This document shows, piece by piece, positions 38,051 to 50,620 of a stretch of 64,000 nucleotides of DNA. Where the stretch lies: positions 42,656,001 to 42,720,000 of the forward strand of contig OY740788.1 in the NCBI GenBank assembly GCA_963514005.1. The letters run 5' to 3'. Every line of letters begins with the position of its first letter. Position 1 is the stretch's first letter. Source of the DNA: Raja brachyura (lineage: Eukaryota). The notes beneath the pieces are model-generated. The model did no database searches, was not told where the DNA came from, and was given only the letters and a program-made list of their open reading frames with translations. The position numbers and the translations under genes are program-made.

Positions 38051-39678
38051 GAGTGCGCTCCATAATGTTTGGGACAAAGACCCATCATTTACTTATTTGC
38101 CTCGGTACTCCACAATTTGAGATTTGTGATAGATAACATCACATGTGGTTAAAGTGCACATTGTCAGATTTTAATAAGGGTCATTTTTATACATTTTGGT
38201 TTCACCATGTAGAAATTACAGCTGTGTTTATACATAGTCCCCCCATTTCCGGGCACCATAATGTTTGGGACACAGCAATGTCATGTAAATTAAAGTAATC
38301 ATGTTTAGTATTTTGTTGCATATCCTTTGCATGCAATGACTGTTTAAAGCCTGCGATTCATAGACATCACCAGTTGCTGGGAGTCTTCTCTGGTGATGTT
38401 CAGGCCTGAATTGCAGCCATCTTTAGCATGCTTGCTTTGGGGGCTAGTCCCCTTCAGTTTTCTCTTCAGCATATAAAAGGCATGCTCAATTGGGTTCAGA
38501 TCAATCGGGTGATTGCCTTGGTCACTCAAGAATTTACTATTTTTTAGCTTTGAAAAACTCCTTTGCTGCTTTAGCAGTATATTTAGGTTAATTGTCTTGC
38601 TGTAGAATGAACCACCAGCCAATCTGTTTTGAGGCATTTGTTTGAATGAACAGATAGAATGTGTCTATACACTTCAGAATTCATTATGCAACTACCATAC
38701 GAGCCAATACCTTCAGTAGCCATACATGCCCAGGCCATAACACCCCCACCACCGTGTTTCACAAATGAGGTGGTATGCTTTGGATCTTGGGCAGTTCCTT
38801 CTCTCCTCCATACTTTGCTCTTGCCATCACTCTGATATAAGTTAATCTTCGTCTCATCTGTCCACAAGACCTTTTTCCAGAACTGTGGTTGCCCTTTTAA
38901 GTACTTCTTGGCAAACTGTAACCTGGCCATCCTATTTTTGCGGCTAACCAGTGGGTTGCATCTTGCAGTGTAGCCTCTGTATTTCTGTTCATGACGTTTT
39001 CAGCGGACAGTGGTCATTGACAAATCCACACCCGACTCCTGAAGAGCGTTTCTGATCTGTCGGACATGTGTTTGAGAATTTTTTTTTTTTTTTTTAATAG
39101 AGAGAATTCTTCTGTCATCAGCTGTGGAGGTTTTCCTTGGCCTGCCAGTACCTTTGCGATTAGTAAGCTCACCAGTGCTCTCTTTCTTCTTATTGATGTT
39201 CCAACCAGTTGATTTTTGTAAGCCTAATGTTTGGCTGATGTCTCTAACAGTTTTATTCTTATTTCTCAGTCTCATAATGGCTTTTTTGACTTTCATTGGC
39301 ACAACTTTGGTCCTCATGTTAATAAACAGCAATAAAAGTTTCCAAAGGTGATGGAAAGACTGGAGAAAAGAGTAGGTCTTGAGAGCTCTCTTATACCTGC
39401 ATTAAGTAGGCAATTAAACGCACCCGAGCAATTACAAACGCCTGTGAGGCCATGTGTCCCAAACATTATGGTGCACTGAAGGATGGGAACTTTGTATAAA
39501 CACAGCTGCAATTTCTACATGGTGAAACCAAAATGTATAAGAATGGCCTTTAATAAAATCTGACAATGTGCACTTTAACCACATGTGATTTTTTTTCTAT
39601 TACAAATCTAAAATTGTGGAGTACAGAGGCAAATAAATAAATGATGGGTCTTTGTCCCAAACATTATGGAGGGCACTG
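38051..39678 (-). mobile_element. Tc1-like (DD34E, IR/DR type) transposon, full length, inactivated transposase
   Basis: TA at 38049-50 and 39679-80. TIRs are ~230 bp with CCATAATGTTTGGGACA at both ends of each. Protein fragments: paired-like HTH, GRPRKT, WKKVLWTDETK, VKHGGGGVMAWAC and QQDN...SPDLNPIE. Multiple stops and frameshifts. Confidence 0.97.
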
Positions 39679-41633
39679 TACATTGGGAAACAGCCATTTG
39701 TGCGGTGAAGCTCATTTAAATGCAGGGCCGTAACAAAAAAAATCAGTTTGCTGCATACCAAATTATGCTCAGGCCCCTCAAAGTTTTTGATCCACTGCTC
39801 AGCTGTCCTCTGCATATTTCAATGAAGGCCATTTTAGCTCTGCCACAGTCAAATAAATTAATGGAACATACCAGAACTTCTTTACGTTCCCCCCCCACTG
39901 AAATGGCAACCACTGATTGCATCCAAGAATTTATAAGCACCCAACAAAAATGTCAAACGTCAAAGTGGGCACATGTGACCCTAGCACCCAGTATGTACTG
40001 CAGATCTTACTGTTTCAGAAGCACCATGTTACACAGCCACATGAGATTAATAAGCAGAGCATTGGCCAGTAATTTAGATAATTCCTTCCTGTTCTACATA
40101 CATTAAGATATTTATTATAAAAAAGTGTTTCAAACTGTACATCACAAGATAGATGCTGTCCATGAGAAATTCTGTTCTGAAAGGCTTGAGGATTATATGC
40201 CTTTTGAAAAATGGGAAATGGATTTCTATTATATTGCTGTTTCTATTGTGACAGTATGAATTCAAAAGTGGGTTTGATCAGGGAAATCTTTATCTGCTAA
40301 AGAAAAAATGCTAATTCTATAATGACTGAAACAAAAGAAAACAAGAATGCATGCCTGAGAGATATCCGAAGAAAATGCATCACTTAGACAAATGAACCAT
40401 CAGCATTATCGATCCATCTGCATAGCCCTCGCCTACATGATAAAAATTACAAACTGAAAAACTACATGTGAACAAATAGATCAAGTGTGCTGGCAAGAAA
40501 ATGCAAAGAATATTAGCCAAGAATAATGACTCGTACATAATAATATAGTTAATATAAATTGTTTAGAGCCCTTTGGTGCTGACAAATATAGCTGTGCTGA
40601 ATTTCTGAACCATTGAAGCCGCTGAGGAACAATTTTGTAGATTTCATCAACAGCTCTAATTATGTTCCTGTCAAGTCTAGAACAAAGTAATCCATAACTG
40701 GGGAGCCCATTCAGAGACAGTAACGCACAGAGGTAATTTATGCCCAAGACACAAGGCACTTTTGTATTTAGTGTACACAACACTTTGCTAACAAGAGGAT
40801 GTACAGAATTTATGAGGAGAACCACAAACAGCCAGCTCTTGATGATTTTAACAAATTAAAGACAGTGGGAAAGCTCCAGAGTGAAAAACAACTGTTCAAC
40901 AACTGCTTTAGTCAGCCCTTGAACCACAACAACTGCAATAAATGTGGCTGGTAGCTGGGGCATTCATCTGAATTAATTTAACCCTATCATGTACTGAATT
41001 TCTTTTCCATAGTTCTCACTCAAAATAATAAGAACATTTAATTAGTGGGAGAGGATATGGTCTTTACAAGTATACAGTAAAACACATACCCTTGCCATCA
41101 GCGTATGCGTTATTTACATAGTATCTTGAACACAGTTAAATGTCCCAAAGTGCCCCATACGAAAATTATGACAAAATTGAACATCAAGCCATAAAATTGA
41201 TGTTAGGACTGATGATCAAAAGCTTGGTTAATAAGGTACTTTTAAAAGGCAGATAACACTGATTCTCTGGGAGGGAATTCCTAAATTAGGGTTTTGACGG
41301 CAAATAGCTCTGCTGCCCACAGTGGAGCAATTAAACACAAATACATAAGAAAGCAAAATTTAAGGAGAAGAGATTTGTTGGACTGGAAGATGCCACAGAG
41401 ATGGATGCCAGTAACATCTAAAATGTTTATGATTATTACACTGGATCGATGCTATAATGACAATATACTTAAGATGATAGTATAGGACAGGTAAGTTAAA
41501 AAACGTATTGCAATATTTATTCTCAATTAGGATTCTCTAGCCATTTGAGGAAATCTGGTGAGATTCATCAGTCTAAAGCTGTTCACTTACTTTGCCTGTG
41601 AATAAAAGTTTCTGCACTATAGTCGCTACAATG

Positions 41634-41922
41634 GGGGTGGCACAGTGCCGCAGCGGTAGAGTTTCTACTTTACAGTGCCAGAGTCCTGATCCTGACTATG
41701 GCTGCTGTCTGTACAGAGTTTGTACGTTCTCTTTGTGACTGCCTGGGATTTCCCCGGATGCCCCGGTTTCCTCCCACACTCCAAAGAAGTACATGCTTGT
41801 AGGTTAATTGGCTTTGATAAAATTTGTAAACTGTCCCTAGTGCTTAGGATAGTGCTAGTGCACAGTGTGATCACTGGTCGGCGCAGACTCGGTGACCTGT
41901 TTCTGCGCTGTATTTCTGGTCT
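41634..41922 (+). mobile_element. V-SINE (HE1-like)
   Basis: GGCACAGTGCCGCAGCGGTAGAG head, V-domain GGTTTCCTCCCACACTCCAAAG, and tail CCTGTTTCTGCGCTGTAT. Confidence 0.85.
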
Positions 41923-42574
41923 AATATTTGAGATGACCAATAATGAGGGAACTGTGTTCAAGGAAGAATGTAAAACACAGAATTCTCTACAGTAGGGTGA
42001 TAACCAAACAATGCAAGCAATATCGCAGAAACAAGTCTAATTTGTTTTCAGGTGAGAAGTTGAGATGCAATGTATTCTGTGATAACTACGCAGCTGTTAG
42101 CATTGGGGAGCTTTATGGTACATAAATCTTCATAACCAGAAATAATCATTCAGTTCATAGTCAGTTTATTGATTCAGCTCATGTAGCAATTCATTCTTGT
42201 CCTCCAATTAGTTCATGTGGAAGACTATACTCTGTTACACCACTATCTTGTCTAGAAATTGGCAATTTATCTGCAACAAAAATCTATCCAGTACCTTTCT
42301 GAAAACTTCCATAAATCAATCTGAAATGAGACATTTCCTTTCACTCCCCTCTAATAAGTAATTTTGAAACCATATTTACTTAAATCTCAATCTTGATTTA
42401 TTTTAAAACCATATTTACCAGCTGCAGCCTTTATCACTAATATAAAACGAGAGTTGCATTTACACCAGTCTTTGCTGTCAAATGTTTTGTTTCAAAAGGA
42501 AATTTAGAAATTTGCACATAGACTCTTCATGAGGTATTGTTGAATATTTTCAGTGTTCAAGAACAAAGCATCAG

Positions 42575-43130
42575 AGAGTTATAGAGGTACACAGCTCATC
42601 CATGTCGACCAACGTAACTCCCTGAGTGAGTCCCATCTGCTTGCATTTGGCCCATTTCGCTCAAAATCTGAAGAAAGGTCCCGATCCAAAATGTCACCCT
42701 ACAGGGGTTCCTCTCACTCTCACACTCTCCCCACAGATGCTGCCTGACCTATTGACTTACTCCAGCACTTTATGCCTTCTATCTATATGCCTTAAAATGT
42801 TTTTTAAACATTGTGATCGCAACTGCTTCGAGCACTTCTTCTGATGAGCTTGTTCCATATACAAACTCTCTGCATGAAAAACTAGCTTGTAAGATTTCCT
42901 TTAAATATTTTCCCTCTCACATTAAACATATGTTCTCTAGTTTTAGACTTCCTTGCCCAAGAAAGAGGACTGTAACAATCCATCATGCTTTTATTTTATA
43001 CAGCTCTATAAGGTCACCCCTCAGCCCCATGGTCTCCAGAAAAAACCCGGCCTATCTTGTCTCTCCTTATAACTCAAGCACTCACATTTTGGCAACATCT
43101 TTGTGAATCTTTTTCTGTACCCTCTCTAAC
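42575..43130 (-). mobile_element. Degenerate CR1 3' fragment with an inserted Penelope-derived piece (~42666-42780)
   Basis: CR1 motifs TGCATTTGGCCCAT, TCTATAAGGTCACCCCTCAG and GGCAACATCTTTGTGAATCT. The insert is CTGAAGAAAGGTCCCGATCCAAAATGTCACC...GATGCTGCCTGACC. Confidence 0.7.
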
Positions 43131-43511
43131 AGCAAAACCTATCCTCATTGTTGAGCCATTTACAGCATGCTTCTAATTTGATAAGACCACAAACTTCCCA
43201 CAAGAACAGAACAAAATATTTTTCAAAATACCTTTTGCAAGGCAAATTGAAGAAAAAAACATTGATGATCTCAAAGGATTGTTATGGCTTTTATGTAAAC
43301 ACTTCTTCTATTAAAAAAATGTAATTGGACACCAACAAGTTACGCCTTAAAGAACAAGGGACAGCACAGGATCAGGCCCTTCAGCCAACATAATTTGTGC
43401 CGAACATGATGTAAGTTAAGCTAATCTCCTCTGCCTGTGCATGATCCATATCCCTCCATTTCCTGCACATACATGTGCCTATTTAAAAGTCTCTTGAATG
43501 CCACAATCAAA

Positions 43512-44841
43512 CAGTGCCCTCCATAATGTTTGGGACACAAACCCATCATTTATTTATTTGCCTCTGACCTCCACAATTTGAGATTTGTAATAGAAATAAT
43601 CACATGTGGTTAAATTACACATTGTTAGATTTTAAATAAAGGCCATTTTTATACATTTTGGCTTCATCATGTAGAAATTACAACAGTGTTGATACATAGC
43701 TCCCCCCATTTCAAGGCACCATAATGTTTGGGAAACATTGCTTCACAGGTGTTTGTGATTGTTCAGGTGTGTTTAATTGCCTCCTTAATGCAGGTATAAG
43801 AGAGCTCTCAGTACCTAGTCTTTCCAACACCTTTGGAAACTTTTATTGCTGTTTATCAACATGAGGACCAAAGTTCTGTCAAAGAAGCCATTATGAGACT
43901 GAGAAACAAGAATGAAACTGTTAGTGACATCAGCCAAATATTAGGCTTACCAAAATCAACTGTTTGGAACATCATTAAGAAGAAAGAGAGCACTGGTGAG
44001 CTTTCTAATCGCAAAGGGACTGACAGGCCAAGGAAGACCTCGACAGCTGATGACAGAAGAATTCTCTCTAGAGTAAAGATAGCTTCTCAAACACCTGTCC
44101 GACAGATCAGAAACACCCTCCAGGAGTCAGATGTGGATTTGTGAATGACCACTGTCTGCTGAAGACTTCATGAACAGAAATACAGAGGCTACACTGTAAG
44201 ATGCAAACCACTGGTTAACGGCAAAAATAGGATGGCCAGGTTACAGTTTGCCAAGAAGTACTTAAAAAAGCAACCACTGTTCTGAAAATAGGTCTTGTGG
44301 ACAGATGAGACAAAGATTAACATATTAGAGTGATGGCAAGAGCAAAATATAGAGGAGAGAAGGAACTGCCCAAGGTCCAAAGCATACAACATCTGTGAAA
44401 AATGGTGGTGGGGGTGTTATGGCCTGGGCATGTATGGCAGCTGAAGGTACTGGCTCACTTTTCTTCATTGATGATACAACTGCTGATGCAGAGAAGATAC
44501 ACAGCAACTAGAGATGTCCATGAATCACAGACTTCAAGCAGTCATTGCATGCAAAGAATATGCAACAAAATACTAAACATGACTACTTCCATGTGCATGA
44601 CATTGCTGTGTCCCAAACATTATGGTGCCCTGATATGGGGGGGGGGGAAGATACTATGTATCAACACTGCTGTCATTTCTACATGGTGAAACCAAAATGT
44701 ATAAAAATGGCCTTTATTAAAATCTGACAATGTGCACTTTAACCACGTGATTTTTATTTCTATTAGAAATCTCAAATTGTGGATTACAGAGGCAAATAAA
44801 TAAATGATGGGTCTTTGCCCCAAACATTATGGAGGGCACTG
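43512..44841 (+). mobile_element. Second Tc1-like copy of the same family, with ~300-bp internal deletion
   Basis: Ends CAGTGCCCTCCATAATGTTTGGGAC and CAAACATTATGGAGGGCACTG. Encodes VKEAIMRLRNKNETVSDISQILGLPKSTVWNIIKKKESTGEL. The segment containing the second D and the E of the triad is missing (~44490-44505). Flanks are AA and CA (decayed TA). Confidence 0.95.
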
Positions 44842-44931
44842 CATCTGAGTCCTCGGCATCTCTGGCAGTACGTTCCTGCCATTCACCACTCCGTGTATAA
44901 AAACTTGCCCTGCATATATCCTTTAAACTTT

Positions 44932-45122
44932 AGATACACGGAACTGCAGATGCTGGTTTACAAAAAAAGACTCAAAGTGCTGGAGTGACTGAACGAGTCA
45001 GGCAGCATCTTTGGAGAACATGGATAGGTAACGTTCGGTCAGAACAAGGGTTCTAACCCAAAATGTCATCTGTCTACGTTATCCAGAGATGCTGAGTTAC
45101 TCAAATAGTTTGCGTATTTTTG
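44932..45122. mobile_element. Penelope-derived fold-back element with 12-bp TSD
   Basis: CCTTTAAACTTT duplicated at 44920-44931 and 45123-45134, with inverted arms inside. Confidence 0.85.
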
Positions 45123-45514
45123 CCTTTAAACTTTGTCCCTCCCACCTTAAAGTTATGTGCACAAGTCTTTGTCATTTGCACCCTAGGTAAAACGTACTGA
45201 CTGTCTATCCCATTTATGCCTCTCAACATTTTATATACTTCAATCAGGTCTCCAGTCATACTCCGATGCTCCAGAGAAAACAATCCAAGTTTGTCCAACC
45301 TAATACCCTCGCATCCAGGCAGTATTCTGGTAAACCTCCATAGCTTCCACATCCTTCCTGTAACAGGGCGACCAGAACTACACAATACTCCAAATATGTC
45401 CTTAACAAAATCTATTAGATCAGAGGACAAGCTGCATTGTGACTTCCTGGCTTTTATACTCAATGCCCTGATTTTTGTGAAAAGAATTAATGATTAATTA
45501 ATTAACAGAAAATA

Positions 45515-45772
45515 TTAAGGAAAATTATGAGATTTTATGTACAATAAAGGAAAGAGGGTGACTAGAGAAAGAAATTAAAGTGGTCACCGCTGTATGGAGA
45601 TGGAGGTCCTCAATTATATTTCTCCTCCTACCGTAGAGAAGGACATGAAGAACGGGACAGTTAATGGAGATGTCTTAAGGACAGTCCATATTATGGCTGA
45701 GAAGGTGGATAAATCTCCTGGGCCTGATCAGATATATCTGAGCACATTGTGGGAGGCTAAAGAAGATAGACT
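45515..45772 (+). mobile_element. CR1 ORF2 internal fragment
   Basis: KVDKSPGPDQIYLSTLWEAKED motif (pre-RT region). Confidence 0.75.
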
Positions 45773-45894
45773 CCATCTGTGACTCTAATAGGGAAATAAC
45801 TCCAGCACACTTTATTCAGAGTTCCAAATACTGAATTGCCTGATGTCAATTATAGTAAACTGGTGTTATAGAAAAAGGCTTCAATTGTTATTTA

Positions 45895-46120
45895 GTGTCA
45901 CACAAAGGGTGGTGGATGTATAGAACAAGCTGCAAGAGGAGGTAGTTGAGGCAGGGACTGTCCCCACATTTAAGAAAGAGTTAGACAGGTACATGGATAG
46001 AACAGATTTGGACGGATATGGACCAAATGCAGGTAGGTGGGATCAGTGTAGCTGGGACATGTTAACCGGTGTGGGCAAGTTGGGCCGAGGGGCCTGTTTC
46101 CACACTGTATCACTCTATAA
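45895..46120 (+). mobile_element. CR1 3' end
   Basis: ACACAAAGGGTGGTGG..AAGCTGC.AGAGGAGGTAGTTGAGGCAGG...GGGCCGAGGGGCCTGTTTCCACACTGTAT. Confidence 0.85.
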
Positions 46121-47195
46121 CCAGTTTTGGAGTTAAGAAAGCCAAGCTTAAATTGGGAAATAATAATGATGTATCAAGATTAATTTTGCTAGACAATGAC
46201 TATGCTGTAAATGATGATAAAATGCATGTAGAAAAAATAATTAGGTCACACCAACCATGATTGTGAAAACTGAGAATTGTAGATGCCAAGCAAGAATTAG
46301 GAGCTACCAATTTCTAGCATACAAAACAATAACTAAGGATAGGTCATTTTGTTGTTTATTAAGAGAATCTACATTGCAGATTATGTAGGATGGCAGATCT
46401 AGAACTTAGATTGAGCAAGAGAGAAAAACGCAAACCAACTGGCTACAGCATAAATTAATGTCGGAATCACGGGATATATGTGAATGAAAGTAAAATCAGA
46501 GGACAAGCAGTGGAGATGAAATGACTTGTCAGGTTGCTCGATAATTTTCCTTCTGATAATCACCCTTTAGGAAGTAAGTGGTGCTAACACTAAACGTTTT
46601 GGAGAAATTCCAACTAATTCAAGGGCATACTAAAATGTAGTCATGGTGAACTGGTGATGTCGGTGGAAGATTACAAGTCCTGCAGGTGCAGGTTTCTAAT
46701 ATATTGAACGACAGCAAAGTGCACATTGCCAGTTCATCTGTGCTTCTTTTCTTGGTCAATCGAAGTTCCAGATCTATCATTCTACTTGCGCTGTTACGCA
46801 GACAATTCTTAACACTAGGACGTAATCTTACTTATTACTTCCATGCTGGAACTTTGTAGCTTGTAACACCTCACTTGGCTCCTACAATTCTAGAGCAAGC
46901 GTAAAAAAACAAAAACCTACTTACTATGTTCCAAGAACAACTCCCTTTGGCTGAACAGTATTGTACTGTCAATAGCTCTAAAATGACTGAGCCCATTTTA
47001 TCCCAAGCTCTAAAGAAACATACTTCCTCAGTGATTAATCCAATTACCTAAAATCTGGGATAAAAATGTACATTAAAATAACTGTTCAGTTCAAAATTGA
47101 ATATCAAATGAAGAAAATCTGCCTGCCAGTTTTATAAACTCTATCAAATATTTATTGACTAAATAGTTTGGCCATTGCAGCTCAAAGATGACATG

Positions 47196-48038
47196 TTTAG
47201 TTTAGTTTATTTCGTTTAGGCACGGAAACATGCCTTTCGGCCCACCAAGTCCATGCCGACCAGCGATATACGCTTATACCAAGTATACAAACCCAAGCCA
47301 ATTAATCTGCAAACCTGCATGTCTTTGGAGTGTGGAGGAAATCGATCTCGGAGAAAACCCACTTGGTCACGGGGAGAATGTACAAACTCCGTACAGACAG
47401 CACCCGTAGTGGGGTACGATCCTGTATCTCTGCCGCTGCAAGCGTAGTAAACGGCCTGTCCCACCAGCATGCAACTCCATGCAATGAGCGCGACCTAACG
47501 TGATCGCTCGAGCCGTCCGGCGTCGGTCCCATTTCGATCGCCGAAGCCGTGCGGAATTGGGCGGAGTTCGTCCAGACATCGCACGGGGCTCCGAAAAAAT
47601 GACCATGTTCAAAAATTCTGCGTGGTAATGGCTTGTCGGCTCGCAGTCGCCTGAACGCATTACACACCGCCTCGATGTCGTGCCACCGTGATCCTCTCTA
47701 TAGGTGCCTCCATGACCCTTTCTGTGTGTGGCTCCGTGGCCCTCTCTGTGTGTGTCCCTCTCTGTCCTGGCGAACTTACCTTTAAGACTTCGCTCCAAGT
47801 TCGCCTCACTTTGCGCCGCGTTGCGCCACTCACCCGACCTCCGTGCGGCCCTCGTTGCCGGTTTGGTCGCGCTCTTCGCATGCAGGCGCATGCTGTTGGG
47901 AATGGCCCTGTACAGGCATCACCCGACCTCCGCGCGGCACCCCGCTTCTAGTTTGATCACACTCACCGCATGGAGTCGGATGCTGGTAGGACAGGCCCTT
48001 AAGGCAGCAACTCTACTGCTGCACCGCTGTGCTGCCCG
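47196..48038 (-). mobile_element. V-SINE interrupted by a Harbinger MITE
   Basis: The SINE body (47196-47447) resumes after the MITE at 48003 (GGCAGCAACTCTACTGCTGCACCGCTGTGCTGCCC). Confidence 0.85.
47451..47999. mobile_element. GC-rich PIF/Harbinger-type MITE
   Basis: About 32-bp TIRs ACGGCCTGTCCCACCAGCATGCAACTCCATGC and GCATGGAGTCGGATGCTGGTAGGACAGGCCCT. TAA TSD at 47448-47450 and 48000-48002. Confidence 0.88.
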
Positions 48039-49344
48039 GCAGTGTTCAAAGAGTTGAGGCGAGTCAGTGTATATAGTCAGATGACTATTGTTAACTCCAC
48101 TGTAGGTTTGACTTCAATTGAACCTGTATCTACCTTCAAAGCATACTAGTCAAATTAATAACTAGCCTTGAGATTGAGTTCTGCTGTGGTTTGCTTTTCT
48201 GGCGATCCACAACAGCAGCCAAGTGAGAGTTAGGTGTAAATAAACTGGAAGTGATTCAATAAACAATATTGCATTTTACTAACTGCTAGGGAGACGAGTC
48301 TCTAATAAAACTGACTCACAAACCAGGCAGCTGATTTGTCTAAAAACACATGTTATTGTATCTTTGTATTGCTGGTTGAAGTATAGTTTGCCAATGAGGA
48401 AAGGAGGTCATTTTAAATAACTTACTATATACTCTTAATACAAAACAAATGTTGCTGAGATGAACTGCAGATAAATTATTGGCTAGTGGCTTTCTGAAAA
48501 ACCAAATTTCAAATAAATCTGCCAGATAAAATCCACATTCTGCTGACTATTATCTTTCTTTGGCTACTGAAGTTTGTCCAATTGTATGTGACCGATATAG
48601 TGCATATTTATGAATTATATTGATCAGTGCATTGTAGAATTTTGCATTTATTGTCAACAAGATTTTTTTGTTAAATGACCACCTTTGATTGCAATGAATT
48701 TTCCTATACTTAACATAAGAACAATTTTACATCTTTTCCAAAGAAATGTGTATTTTCCCCACCAGTTTAAAAATCACAATAATAGCCTTGATAAATGGTC
48801 TGTCTCCTGAAAACAGTGATGCAAGTATTGAAATTAGTGGCACGTTTGTAAAAGCCATTTGAATCAAAATTGAAAGGAACTACCCACCACAGCCAAGCTG
48901 TAATCACATGGCAGGAAGCTGGCAGCAACACAATAAGACATGCAGTAAGGCAGCAAAAAAGGAAAGGAATTTTCCTTGTTTTTAGCTGGGCGAACCTGAA
49001 TGAATAAAGGTGTCGGCCGTTAGCAATTTGTTATTCTTTCAGTGTAATCATCAATTTGTTCGTCGAGTGGTTCAACAGATCTACAGCTATCTGTGGCAGC
49101 ACAGGAACCCTGCATGGTAACGTCCCAGCTAATTTAAAGCCCTTGTGTTGCTGAATCAAACTTGACAAGGCACCAGCAAAACAGAAACTATTATGCCATG
49201 TGAGATAGGGTTGGCATACTTTGGCATTGGCATAGGGTTGGAATACTTTGAATGGTAGAGAGACAAAGGAGATTGTCAATGGTGAAAGTGATTTTGCAAA
49301 TCTAAGAGAAAAAAGTTGAGATATTATTGTTGAGTTATATTCTT

Positions 49345-50200
49345 GCAGCAACTTTAATCTATGAGGTCTAAAACAATTCAGAGAAGCAACATTCTTCCCA
49401 GAGTATGTTTAACCAAAGGATTTGGACTTGGATTCCTTTAATAACTATGCTCAGTACTCAGTTCCTTGCTTTTTACCATATCTGTTAATGATTTGAACCT
49501 AAATATAGGATCAATGATAATAAAGATTGCAGAAGATACAGAAATTGTCACTAAGATTGACAATGATAATGAAAGATGGCAAAATTGTCCAGTCATTTGG
49601 ATAGAAAAATGGCAATTATATAATTTAACTCGGAGTAGTGTAAGGTAGTGTAGGTATGTGGAGATGTGAAAGAATAAATATGGAGGATATTGAGTGATCT
49701 AGAAAAGTGTTCACCCAAAGATCTTTAAAAATGAAAGAGATAAGGTCAAGAAGGTGATTAGAAAGCAAATGAAATTCTGAGGAATAGAATATTTGAGCGA
49801 ATAGAATATTTGGGTGATCATGCCAGCGTGGCACATAATTCTAGTCAGAGCGCAACTTGAGTAATATGTATGGGTCTAATCCCTACACTACAGGAAATAT
49901 ATGATTACATTGGAGAGAATGCTGATGAGATTTATAAGGATGTTGCCATCTCCGAAAAAAAAGAGCTCTGAGGAAAGTTGTGATAAGCTAGGGCTGCTTA
50001 TTTGGAACAGAGAAGGCTAATTTGGGGTGGTTACAATTACAGCAGCACTGGATAGAATTAATGAGGAAATATTTATCTTAGCAGGGTGGTCAAAAAGGGG
50101 GCATAGGTTTCAATTAAGCAATGAAAGAATGAGATAGGAGATGAGGGAAAATATTTCCACTCAGGTAGCAATGGCGATTGGAATCTGGAACTCACTGCCT
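49345..50200 (+). mobile_element. Old, highly degenerate CR1 RT fragment
   Basis: LFTISVNDLNLNIGSMIIKIAEDTEI (decayed LFxIYINDL...KFADDTK), and IWNSLPE near 50180. Confidence 0.75.
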
Positions 50201-50231
50201 GAAATAGAGATAGACAGAACCCTCCAACTAC

Positions 50232-50620
50232 ATGCTGGAATAACTCGGTGGGTGAGACAGCATCTATGGAGAGAAGGAATGGGCGACTTTTATCGGGTCG
50301 AGACCCTTCTTCAGACTAATGTCAGGGGAGGGGGCAGGACAAAGGTAGACTGTAGGTGGAGACAGTAAGACTAGTGGGAGAACTTGGAAGGGGAAGGAGA
50401 GAGAAAGCAAGGGCTATCTGAAGTTAGAGAAGTCAATGCTCATACCGCTGGGGTGTAAACTACCCAAGCGAAATACTAGGTGCTGTTCCTCCAATTTGCG
50501 CTGGGCCTCACTCTGACAGTGGAGGAGGACCAGGACAGAAAGGTCAGATTTGGGAATGGGAGGGGTAGTCGAAGTGCTGGGCCACTGGATAGGTTAAGAC
50601 GGACTGAGCGGAGGTGTGAG
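50232..50620 (-). mobile_element. Penelope-like element 3' end: GIY-YIG endonuclease C-terminus, 3'UTR and hammerhead-like motif
   Basis: The minus frame (~50550-50414) reads SDLSVLVLLHCQSEAQRKLEEQHLVFRLGSLHPSGMSIDFSNFR*, typical of the PLE endonuclease end. It is followed by a pyrimidine tract and AGT CTGAAGA A GGGTCTCGACCC GATAAAAGTC. Confidence 0.85.

Larger units (their letters stand above)
43350..45470 (-). mobile_element. CR1 3' fragment split by the Tc1 copy and a Penelope-derived insert
   Basis: Tail at 43350-43510, continuing at 44842-44930 and 45123-45470 (RLDKLGLFSLEHRSMTGDLIEVYKMLRGI). Confidence 0.8.

Noticed and set aside
39720-40106. 128-aa ORF between the Tc1 copies as possible cargo gene
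   Set aside because: Non-ATG start in the sequence and no recognisable motif.
47302-48057. ORFs of up to 174 aa, Arg/Ala-rich
   Set aside because: They span a GC-rich MITE and a SINE, and have no transposase or host-protein motifs.
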